DNA from: Nemertoderma westbladi
Lineage: Eukaryota > Animalia > Xenacoelomorpha
Assembly: GCA_032718475.1 (NCBI GenBank)
Contig: JAUCBJ010007419.1
Location: forward strand, 1-64,000
Length of the DNA stretch: 64,000 bases
Reading direction: 5' to 3'
The translations under genes and the position numbers were made by a program. Positions 36,407-46,936 of the stretch are shown here, one piece after another; position 1 is the stretch's first letter, and each line of letters begins with the position of its first letter. Under the pieces are notes generated by a model. It was not told the origin of the DNA, ran no database searches, and worked only from the letters and a program-made list of their open reading frames with translations.

Positions 36407-38761
36407 TCAATCATGTTCTGTAAATTTAATACACGGGACACCATAAAGATGATCGCTTTTAGTTAAAGCAACAAAATTATTTGTGAGTCTGGAACATTCC
36501 AAAACAAGCTTACCAGAATGCGATAGTAAAAATAAAGGACAATAACTGGACAAACACCGTTTTACATCACTTGAAACAGAAACGCTATCTAATATATCAA
36601 TGACACGTTTACCAGAAAATAATGAGCAAAGGCAATATAACAAACCGTCATTTAGTAAAACAATGTGTTCAATCTTTAAAAACCTAATATCCAATCCTGT
36701 AACAGAAACGGCGAAGTATGATGTTGATAACATCTTACGCTTGTAATTAAAAGAATGAAAAACAATGTTATTCACAAGTACCCGATATGCCACGCTTACA
36801 ATTTCAGACACTTGAATACCATATAAATCTTCTAAATTACTCGGGAGAACCTTTGGGGAATCTAGTTTACCAATATGCTTAATTTGAGAAACGCTTGACG
36901 CAGTACCTTTATGTTCCATGTAGAGTTTCTTTCTTAAAAACCGTTTAATAATAATACTTGCTTCATTTCGGTTTCCTGAAACAAGGCATTTTAAATGATG
37001 AAAGGCACTCTCAAACATTGCGGCTGATGAGGATTGCAAAGGACCTAACAATTCGACTTGCTTGGGAAGATGAGACAACACATGTAGGGACAATGTTTGA
37101 GAACCTTCACCAAATAATACTGGAATAAATTGTCGCACAAATCTTATTAAAATACTGCTGTCCTTGATCTGCTCCTTTGTTATCGTATCACTTAAAAGTA
37201 AATGAAAAATAATAGAAAAACCAGTAATCAAAACAGTAACTCTCTTATCAGCAGCAGTTATATAGCACAAAAATATTGAATAATACAAGTAAAATGATTT
37301 AAACTCGGTTGCCTTCCAGAATCGGAAGAGTTCTAATGCACGTGGTTTTCTAGAAAATGATATAGGCAAATTTATACTTTTGAGGTGTCGAGAGATTTCG
37401 TCTTGATTTATAAGTTTGTGGAGTACTAAATGACGTAGCAAAGTTTTGCCAATACCTAGATAGAGTAGGTGCATTGGATCAAAGGGAGCACTGAACGGTA
37501 AATTATCTATAATCTGAGCAAGTGGAGTAATACCCTTTACACCATACTGTATCTCACCCAATCTTACCGCATCTTTTGCAAATGAGTCATGGTCATCAAC
37601 GCTTCTCAATGCAGACGGAAAAGTCTCATAAGGAAATATCATTTTACGTAAAGCTGTATTATATGTACCCCTTATCAAACACCATGGACATCCATAATAA
37701 CCATTATGATGTGATATGTTTAGTGCATCAGATTTCGCTGGCATATCAGCGATAAGGATGACTGTCTTCAGTTGCACTACTAAACCATGATAATCAAGAT
37801 AAAATTGTTTTATATTTGCGGTAGCTAGATCAACTAATTTTAAGACATCTGGTTTTTCACTACCATGATACAAGGAAATTAAAATTAAATTCTCAAATCT
37901 TAGCCTTAAATGTAAAGGTAGATTTACTACACAGGCCATAAGAGGCCATAAACAGAAACCTTTTGATTTATGGACAGGAACAACTCCATCTGTATTTATA
38001 CATATATAAATATACCGTTCAATGGGTGTATCGAGTAAAGTGAATAAAGTACCATCAGTAATATCTGAATAACCGGTGTTAAGTATCGGAGGTGAGAAAT
38101 TTAAAAGAGAGGGATGCAATCTTAACAAGGCTTCTATTTGCTCCTCTAACTCAACAGTGTAGTAAGTATTTGAACCTTTTTGGTTAATCACAGTCGATGA
38201 AACTACACAGCACTCTGAAAGCTCTTGTCCTTTAAGTTCTGAATAGTGTGGTATACAATTTGGAATTGGTAAGATATCAGAAAAAAAATCCAGCAATGCT
38301 TTAGCAGCAGCATCAGTAATATGATGTTGCATAACAATGCCCATAAATCTACTTTTAAAATCCTCCTGAGACACATGGGAACCACAATAAAGAAACTCAA
38401 CATCGCTGTCATTATCTGTATCGGGTAGGCTGCTGCTTGCATTACTGCAGTCAAATGGTATTGGAGAAGACGTAATTTGATTACCAAAACACAATAAGCC
38501 CGAAAATCTCCCATAATCTACATTATTGCCACCATCAAAACAGTCTGACAAAATACTTTCCTCAACAGGATCGTCTGGTACACTGGGAATATAATTAGAT
38601 GAGTGTGAGAGAGTTTGATGTGTTCCGAATAAATTATGTATTTCATCACTAGAAGAAGACGATGTAGATGGTAATCGTTTTCTCACATTAGATTTGGCGT
38701 ACGTAACAACACGATTTAACTTTCTTGATTTACGACAATAAGGTTTCTTTCTCCCACTCAT
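36407..38761 (-). CDS. EnSpm/CACTA-type DDE transposase, 784 aa, intact
   Basis: INTDGV...LWP...NLP..LR...N.IL; ADMPAK...HNGYYGCPWC; FDPMHLLYLG; RKPR...WKATEF; HVLSHL..QV..LGPL...SA..FES. Confidence 0.92.
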   Translation of the reverse strand: MSGRKKPYCRKSRKLNRVVTYAKSNVRKRLPSTSSSSSDEIHNLFGTHQTLSHSSNYIPSVPDDPVEESILSDCFDGGNNVDYGRFSGLLCFGNQITSSPIPFDCSNASSSLPDTDNDSDVEFLYCGSHVSQEDFKSRFMGIVMQHHITDAAAKALLDFFSDILPIPNCIPHYSELKGQELSECCVVSSTVINQKGSNTYYTVELEEQIEALLRLHPSLLNFSPPILNTGYSDITDGTLFTLLDTPIERYIYICINTDGVVPVHKSKGFCLWPLMACVVNLPLHLRLRFENLILISLYHGSEKPDVLKLVDLATANIKQFYLDYHGLVVQLKTVILIADMPAKSDALNISHHNGYYGCPWCLIRGTYNTALRKMIFPYETFPSALRSVDDHDSFAKDAVRLGEIQYGVKGITPLAQIIDNLPFSAPFDPMHLLYLGIGKTLLRHLVLHKLINQDEISRHLKSINLPISFSRKPRALELFRFWKATEFKSFYLYYSIFLCYITAADKRVTVLITGFSIIFHLLLSDTITKEQIKDSSILIRFVRQFIPVLFGEGSQTLSLHVLSHLPKQVELLGPLQSSSAAMFESAFHHLKCLVSGNRNEASIIIKRFLRKKLYMEHKGTASSVSQIKHIGKLDSPKVLPSNLEDLYGIQVSEIVSVAYRVLVNNIVFHSFNYKRKMLSTSYFAVSVTGLDIRFLKIEHIVLLNDGLLYCLCSLFSGKRVIDILDSVSVSSDVKRCLSSYCPLFLLSHSGKLVLECSRLTNNFVALTKSDHLYGVPCIKFTEHD

Positions 38762-39158
38762 ACTGAATTAAATGTTAACGAAATTATTACATATTTACAG
38801 ACAAAAAATATACTGAAAAACATACTAAAAAATAAAATTCAGAAAAGATGTGCTAACACTACTCTAATTTTATATAAGTGGCAGGGGCTGGTAGGCCTAT
38901 CATATGGAAAAAAATAACAAAATTATATATTTTCCAAATTACGATGAGTTTAAATGCAATCTATAAAATAGGAAAGATATGTACAAATAATAAAAAATAT
39001 TCCAACCAAGACCTGACATACTTATTAAGGTTTAAAACATCAAATCGAGTTACTCATATGAACGGGTGGCGATTAGTAATATTAATATATGTAGAAAGAA
39101 AGTACTGCATAGAAGTGCTACATAACAATTACAAACAATTTTGCACTGCAATCCTAAC

Positions 39159-39615
39159 TAGGGATGACGAAACGAAGCATATGTGGCAATAACGAGACGA
39201 AAAAATATTAAACAAAACGAAACATTAACGAAATCCTTTAAGTGTTTTGTTCCGTTAATTTTTAGTTTTGTTTCGTTAAATTAAAAAGTAATTAATCATT
39301 ATGATATAAATTTAATAACAAATAATTGAACAATTTTAAGTAATAATAATATTGATATTGATATTCTCCATATATAATTGTTGTAAAGTTTAAAGTTCAT
39401 AGAAAGGCGCGATATAATTATATTATTAGTATTATACAGTATTGAGTAAATTAGTTCCTTCAATTCTGCAACCTTTTTGCCTACAAGTTACCGGTACCAC
39501 TGCAATACAACTTAAAAAATTTTGAATCAATTTTTCTAAATTTTTTAAAACAAAACAAAACAAAACAAAACGAAATTAAATTTTTATTTTTTTTCGTTTC
39601 GTTATGCCATCCCTG
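39159..39615. mobile_element. hAT-type MITE nested in the EnSpm element
   Basis: Termini TAGGGATG...CATCCCTG, AACGAAA subterminal motifs, perfect 8-bp TSD ATCCTAAC (39151-39158, 39616-39623). Confidence 0.9.
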
Positions 39616-39899
39616 ATCCTAACTATAGTATTGAGTACAATAAAAAATCATTTATTTATGGTTGGTTAAAATATATGTTGTAGACATGTAGAGTAGGCAA
39701 TATAACATTACATATTGCTAAATAGTGTATTGCTATCTATTGCATTGAGCATGAAAACAGTTCAAAAAATAATCTAACAATAAATTGCAGAAGATCCAGC
39801 AAGCATAATGATTAGTATTTAACAACAAAACGAGTTAATATAATTTACAGACAGACCGATAATGTAATAATTATTATTAACATTGTCCAGTTACCACCA

Positions 39900-41105
39900 T
39901 CAAACAGTATCACAACAACTAGTGGGAGTGCGAGCAACATTATCCCCATTAGGCCTGCCATCGCTAGTAGCAGTCACAGAACCAGGTGTACAGCTACGAA
40001 GGCGTTTTCCGTGAGAGATATCGTTTCCCAGCTGGTTTACTGCTACGATCACCGAGCGTATAACATCGCTATCAATTGCTGCATCTAAACCGAAACGGCT
40101 AGTCAAGGCATCGAGAAAAAGTTGAGATTTCTCAGGGCACATAGCTGTCCGCTTGGTTGAGTTGGTGCGAAGAGGAAACAAGATGCCGTTAGCCAGTTCT
40201 TCGTCGTTCCAAAGCTCTCGGGCCAATAACTCCCCGTAATTAGTAGGTCCAAGATTGCGGCTTCCCAACGTAATTAGATTACGACCTTCAAAGCAAACTG
40301 GCGATAGATTTATGAGAGCCTCATTAGTGGTACCCCCGCACCCAACAACACTGGCTATACCGGTACCATTGTTGTTGCCCATAACCTTGATGATGTACTT
40401 GAATGATTTGTTAATTTGATTCGATCTCTTATACTGTTTCTCATTGAGTGAGACAATTTTCCGCAGCAGTTTATTCTGAACTTTAAGCTCACGAACAACG
40501 CCTTCATCCTTGTTGGGAGTAGTTGAAGTACCAGTATCATCATTAAATGAAGACAGATCTCCATTAGCACTGGATGAAGAAGATATGTCATTTTCAGCCT
40601 CACATTGCGCTAACAGAGGGAGCTCTGGAGCATCCTCATCCACAACCTGACTCTCGGGTTCATCTACAGGATTAAGGAAGCTTGAAACATCGAAACGTTC
40701 TACAGCTGAAGAAATATTACGGCTCTCATTCAAAAATCCAAAGCTTGTATTTTCGCTCAATGAACGCAAATTCACTTCGCGCTGAAGTCGGCGTTCTTTG
40801 GCACGTATAACTTCCTCAGATTCCGATGAAGTTACATAAATCGCTGTTACGAAACCGGTGGCACTCTCACGATCCTTCAACTTTATGGAATCTCCAACTT
40901 TAATATTACCAAAATGTATATCCTTAGGTAATAACATTGAGTGGCTCGTTATGGATGTATATCTGTTTTCCTCTGGGAAAGAAAGCAATATGTACAATGT
41001 ACCACGGGAAACTCTGTCATTAAGATCACGCCTAGGACGAGAAGCTGATATTGTTTCCACAGTGTTCATTTTGGATATATCCTCTAATGTCGATGTATAA
41101 ATCAT
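39900..41105 (-). CDS. EnSpm accessory protein with coiled coil and C-terminal BEN-like domain, 401 aa
   Basis: PTNYGELLARELWNDEELANGIL...KRTAM.PEK..LF..AL...AVNQLG resembles a BEN fold. Co-oriented upstream of the transposase, inside the TIRs. Confidence 0.65.
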   Translation of the reverse strand: MIYTSTLEDISKMNTVETISASRPRRDLNDRVSRGTLYILLSFPEENRYTSITSHSMLLPKDIHFGNIKVGDSIKLKDRESATGFVTAIYVTSSESEEVIRAKERRLQREVNLRSLSENTSFGFLNESRNISSAVERFDVSSFLNPVDEPESQVVDEDAPELPLLAQCEAENDISSSSSANGDLSSFNDDTGTSTTPNKDEGVVRELKVQNKLLRKIVSLNEKQYKRSNQINKSFKYIIKVMGNNNGTGIASVVGCGGTTNEALINLSPVCFEGRNLITLGSRNLGPTNYGELLARELWNDEELANGILFPLRTNSTKRTAMCPEKSQLFLDALTSRFGLDAAIDSDVIRSVIVAVNQLGNDISHGKRLRSCTPGSVTATSDGRPNGDNVARTPTSCCDTV

Positions 41106-42862
41106 TTAGGCCTACCGATACAGCATAGAAACTGACTGAAACAGACATGCAGACAGATACCTAGAGGGCACATTGACACCATGAACATGAACCATGAGCA
41201 TGCCACTTTTAATTTTTTAATTAGGGTTGGAAGCAATACTGCAGTAATCTAAGGGATTATCCCATCTCAGCATCTGAGGCTGAGGGACCACATTCTGACA
41301 TTTCAGCATTTGCAATTTTTTTATTAATTTTTAAATGCATAAATCACCATGCAAGCACTTAAATGAAAGGGTCCTACTACAGTACTATACACTGTATCTT
41401 ACTGCAGGATTTAACTGCTTAATTACAGAACGACCATAACAGCATAAACCAGCACGCAGGACCACACCGGTGCGGTGACCTGGTTCCCTGCAGCCCGGTG
41501 TAACAGAAAATTCGACATAAATCCACAGTTAACAGACGGCCACAGACAGTCGGGGAGAAGTTCAAATTTCAACTGAGTTGAAATTTAAAACCTTTTTTTA
41601 AAATTCAACTTTTAAGTTGTAAATTCAACTCTAAAATGGCGGGTGACCGAACGTAATCAGGATTGAAAGTAACATAGTTTTTATGAATCAGGATTGAATG
41701 TAACATAGTTTTTATGAATCGAATGTAACCTCAATTATGTTACGCATGTCTGTTGTCGTGCTGTCTCAGTCTCACTGTCTGCCTGGCAGCCTGGTGCTAG
41801 GTTCGGCTGATTTCTGCGCCAGGCAGCCAGGCAAATATGTACGCCGGGTGTGCTGGGCTGATTCCTGCTCCAGCATCCGGCGCCGGGCACCGGGTTAATT
41901 TCTGCAGCGACGACGCCGGGAATATTTCGACGCCTGTTGCGCCGAGCGCAGCATCTCTATCATTGCAGCATTGCCAGTGCTCCGCCGGCTGCGCCAGCTC
42001 CCGGCAGCCCGGCGCAAGTTCTAGTGCTGCGCCGAACGTCATGCAGTCATGAACGTGCTCGGCTGCTCGGCGTACATTCAGACATTTAAAACTTTTCAAT
42101 AGGGCCTATACCTACCTACACTGATACAGATATAGGCCTATCTACTGTATCTTATAGGCCTATTTAATAAAAAACCTTAAAAAACCTAAAAAACTTTTAG
42201 GTTTCTTTAAAATACCTAAGCAAAAAACCTAAACCAGTTTTTTTTCTTTAAAAAACCTAGGTTTTTTCCACCCCTGGTGCCTGGTATATTATATATACAT
42301 CTGTACATATCAGCATATACTGCTGTACTGATATATGGTAACGGTACCGTACATACTCCAATACTGTACCATACCATACCGGTACTACCTTACTACTGTA
42401 CTACAGTACAGCAGTACAGTAGTACAGAGTACAGTATACTCAGCTCAGACGTCAGATACCAGATACTAAGGAAAGCTAGCAGGCTAGTGCAGCTTGCAGT
42501 GCAGTGGTGTAAGTGAATGGAAAACGAAAAGTGTTGCAATCTATCTGCGTATGACAGTATGACTCACTCTGAGTCATACACACCAAACTTGCAAAGTCCA
42601 ACATGAAAATTTGCAAGAAATTTGCCAAAAGTGGGAATTTGTGGGGTAACTGTACAATTTTGACAAATGTTCATAATCTGTCCTGGCCTTTCAAAAACTT
42701 TCAAGTTTTAATGGATTATTTACAAATCAGTGCCTGAAAAAGTTAATAAGCATGGTTGTCCCTATAACTTTATAAAAATGTACAACAAAACTTTCAACAC
42801 ATTAAATCGCATAGCATATTGTTTGGAAGTTTTGACAAATAATCAACGTTTTTCGAACAGGG

Positions 42863-43065
42863 TATAACCTACAATCTGCTTTTACTACATTTTTACTAAT
42901 TTCCTAAGGAGTTAGTTGTACTGTATTGTAAACTTGCCTTATAACCTACAATCTGCTTTTACTACATTTTTACTAATTTCCTAAGGAGTTAGTTGTACTG
43001 TATTGTAAACTTGCCTTATAACCTACAATCTGCTTTTACTAGTACATTTTTACTAATTTCCTAAA
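42863..43065. repeat. 77-bp tandem repeat (~2.6 copies)
   Basis: TATAACCTACAATCTGCTTTTACT at 42863, 42940 and 43017. Confidence 0.9.
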
Positions 43066-43282
43066 ATTTTAATGGACTATCTGACAGCTCAAACGCCATT
43101 TACATAGCTACATGTAGCTATGGTACTGTAGCTTTCGTGCTGTGGTCCTAGTATTAGGATAGTAACCCGCCGGACGCGGACAGAGTAGCACCCCGGGATT
43201 TTATATCACAGAAATTCCAGAATATAATATGTTTTTTTGGTATTGGTGATTATTCTAGAATAGTAGTAGATAAGTTTTTGTA

Positions 43283-44285
43283 TGATAGCTAGTTTTTTAC
43301 AATCAGTGTAACGAAAACTGAAATGGATCAGTTTTTTACAACAGTGTAACGCAAACTGAAATGGATCAGATTTTTTACTATCAGTGTAACGCAAACTGAA
43401 ATGGATCTGTTTTTTTACTATCAGTGTAACGCAAACTGAAATGGATCAGTTTTTTACAACAGTGTAACGAAAACTGAAATGGATCAGTTTTTTTTGCTAT
43501 CAGTGTAACGCAAACTGAAATGAATCAGTTTTTTTTACTATCAGTGTAACACAAACTGAAATGAATCAGTTTTTTTTACTATCAGTGTAACACAAACTGA
43601 AATGAATCAGTTTTCTACTATTAGTGTAACGCAAACTGAAATGGATCAGTTTTTTTACTATCAGTGTAACACAAACTGAAATGAATCAGTTTTTTACTAT
43701 TAGGGTAACGCAAACTGAAATGGATCAGTTTTTTTACTATCAGTGTAACGCAAACTGAAATGGATCAGTTTTTTTACTATCAGTGTAACACAAACTGAAA
43801 TGGATCAGATTTGTTACTAACAGTGTAACACAAACTGAAATGGATCAGTTTTTTACTATCAGTGTAACGCAAACTGAAATGGATCAGTTTTTTTACTATC
43901 AGTGTAACACAAACTGAAATGGATCAGATTTGTTACTAACAGTGTAACACAAACTGAAATGGATCAGTTTTTTTTGCTATCAGTGTAACACAAACTGAAA
44001 TGGATCAGTTTTTTTTGCTATCAGTGTAACGCAAACTGAAATGGATCCGTTTTTTTTACTATCAGTGTAACGCAAACTGAAATGGATCCGTTTTTTTTAC
44101 TATCAGTGTAACACAAACTGAAATGAATCAGTTTTTTTTACTATCAGTGTAACACAAACTGAAATGAATCAGTTTTTTTTACTATCAGTGTAACACAAAC
44201 TGAAATGAATCAGTTTTTTACAACAGTGTAACGCAAACTGAAATGGATCAGTTTTTTAACTAACATTGTAACGCAAACTGAACGC
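43283..44285. repeat. ~41-bp minisatellite (~24 copies)
   Basis: Unit TCAGTGTAACRCAAACTGAAATGRATCAGTTTTTTTACTA with a variable T run. Confidence 0.95.
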
Positions 44286-44539
44286 ATCACTCTGCTTTCC
44301 TTAAAGCTGATAGAGAAAAAACTCACGTTACATCCTGACCTGTGTTAACAGCTGGATAAACATATACTGTACAATATTTTACATTGCAGAACTGCCGGTA
44401 ACTACTACCAGAGGCTACAATAGGCCTACTGAACCAGACAGGGATTGGACTACCATACGGTACCGACCATAATGTGTGATATACCCAGAGAACGTATGAA
44501 CTGCTAGTGCATACCATAAACGCAATACAAACGACTTGC

Positions 44540-44740
44540 GGTCGCCTTTACTAGTTAGGATTAACTCTTATTGTAATTCTTTTCTGCCCTCTACCGTCCA
44601 ATTATGGAACATCCTTTCGGGGGAAACTCACCAAGCCACTTCCATAAAGTTGTTAAGCGTCTTGCAATGGAGTCCATAGCAGTTACTACAATACCAATAG
44701 TTCCCTATTACTATAATTTAGGAACACCTACAATAAACAG
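44540..44740 (+). pseudogene. Decayed LINE (CR1/L2-like) ORF2 end
   Basis: Translates to NSFLPSTVQLWNILS (SFFP.T...WN.LP motif), followed by AATAAA. Confidence 0.45.
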
Positions 44741-45276
44741 TGCTTTTGCACGCATTATTTAACATACTGTAATGGTAGGCCTATTAATTAGGCTTAATCT
44801 GATCTACAAAAATCTCTTGGAAATAATTATATTCGTAGGAACTAGAGACCCATAGATGATCTTAACTGGGAATATAAGTCATTATTCTAGAATGCGACAA
44901 TGTTGCACACAATTCTGTTCTATTTAATCAGTCTGGGTTTTCTGGCATTTTAAATCAGTATGGGGATTTCATTGGTTTATAACGTGTGAAAACAGGTATA
45001 TTGGTATAATTAAAAATGGTGATAAAAGCTTTACATTTTTAGTATGAATTTTTCTAGTTCCGCTAAATTTATTTGAGTTTTTTTTTAATTTAACGCTAAA
45101 TTAAAAACACCGGTTTACTGTAGTTATTAATGTTTGTGGAAATCTAGCCGTTGAGTAACATTTTGACATTTTGTGACCTTCTTATATTTAATGCAATTAA
45201 ATAAACCAGTTTTTACATTGTTTTCTTTATTATTATAAATGATATAAAATAACATTTGTAAAAGCTATTTTAATAA

Positions 45277-46679
45277 CTATTTCCATATAACTATAACGTT
45301 TTCTTCGGAATCCATAATGGCCATTAACTGCGCGAAACTTAACCCATGACGACAAGACAATGCGTCGCTATGGCTACCCCCATCGCAGTCAGCCAACACA
45401 TTATTCCGTAAATCTTCTTTTAGTTTAATAACTCCGAATGGGATGGAATGCTGGAGTTCCCTTGGAGACTCCGGCACATAGATGGGATACATATAGACCC
45501 GCCGTATGTACTTGTGTAGTACAGAGTGCTGCACTAACAGACGCAAGTCAACACTAGCTGCTGCTTCCGGTTGCCGTTCTAGAACGTGTTGCATAGTAAC
45601 ACCATGACGCATCTCGGATAGAAGGACACGTATCTAGGGGAACATATGAAATGTTTCGGTATTGTATTATATATGTATGAAGATTAAAACTGAAAGTAAT
45701 TTATAATTATTCGGTGAGATTTAAATACCTGTAATTAATTAATTAAGATTAATTAATATCTGAAAATTTTATCGTAATATTTAGCGGCTGTAACTAATTT
45801 TACCTGTCTGAATGTTGGCGGCTGTTTTCTAAATCTACATGCGTATTCAATGACGTCATTATGTAGTTCGGGGTTGCTATGCAACTCGGCGATCCCGACT
45901 TCAGCGCAATAAACGTTGGAGAACTGGAACGCGTCTATAATACCGACGACGTTGCTGTACATAAGATTCCGGATGGCGGCGAGAACTAACTTAATTTCCG
46001 AATCGGTTTCCAAGGCGATCTTAGCGATGTGTTTAACCCCGTCGATGTCTCTGTAGATTCTCTTCACCGTGAGTTCCCGACATTCCTCGATAAACCGCTC
46101 CTTGCCTCTGAGGATCACCGGGACAGCGTGTTCGGCGACGTGGGGCGGGTCCGGGACGGAAGGGTTCGCGAACAAGTTAATGACGATCTGGGACCCCGAT
46201 ATCGGTATGGTGCACCACGCGGTGGACCACAGCTGCGCGAGGACTTCCTCCAACAGACCCGGAAGGTTGGCGAGTTTATTGGCGTCGAACAAATAGGATT
46301 CCGAGAGTTCTAGATCGCGAAGATACCGCGCCAACTTCATAACAACTCGTCGATATTTATCGCAATCCGTCTCAGTTTCATCGCAAACAAAAACCAAATT
46401 AAACTGCAGGTAATTTCTGTTATCTTTGTATTTCTTTGTATCTTTTATATAAATAGGACAGCCGATAAAATGGAATCCTTGCGATCTTATCGAGACATAT
46501 CGACTCTCCAACTCGAGTTTAGGTATCAGATAACATCGAACGCAATCGAATACATCTTTAGTGATGACGTCACTGGGTACCTGAAACCGCAGTGTTGGTC
46601 CTTCCAGTTTATGAAATTCGGTGTAAAGCAGACACAGAAGTTTATCGCAGTAGTTCCTATGTGAAGAGATATGACTCAT
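45277..46679 (-). CDS. NPRL2: GATOR1 complex subunit NPRL2; exons 46679-45804 and 45633-45277, ~410 aa
   Basis: LYTEFHKLEGPTLRFQVP...YLIPKLEL...IGCP..I...KY..NY..FNL.FV; IDGVKHIAKIA..D; FQFSNVY; C-terminal DG.HS.D.L.C...NVIVIWK. A 170-bp GT-AG intron (CAG|GTAAAA...CCCTAG|ATA) keeps the frame. Confidence 0.93.
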
Positions 46680-46936
46680 CGCAGACCACAGCAAAATATA
46701 GGCGACATTTTAAAATGTGGAAAATAAAAACCAAATTTGGTACAAAAAGATAAATTAATTTCAAAACATATTTATTTTCCTTATTTATTAAGCCAATTAA
46801 AGCAATAAATCGTAACGGTAAATTTTATATGCTTTAAAGAATATTAAATCCTATTAAACATCTACAAACTGAAACTAATTAATGTGGACTGTCAGAAAAA
46901 CGAAGTTCAAAAATAAGGTTCAGATGTCGCACGTGA

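Larger units (their letters stand above)
35694..42862 (-). mobile_element. EnSpm/CACTA (CMC) DNA transposon, ~7.2 kb
   Basis: TA|CCCGGTTGACAAAACGTT ... AACGTTTTTCGAACAGGG|TA (14/18 inverted match, 2-bp TA TSD). AACTTG/CAAG-type subterminal repeats at both ends. Encodes a transposase and a partner ORF. Confidence 0.7.

Noticed and set aside
41222-42276. hAT element TAGGGTTGGAA...TTCCACCCCTG
   Set aside because: Ends are compatible but there is no 8-bp TSD; only the right end has subterminal repeats.
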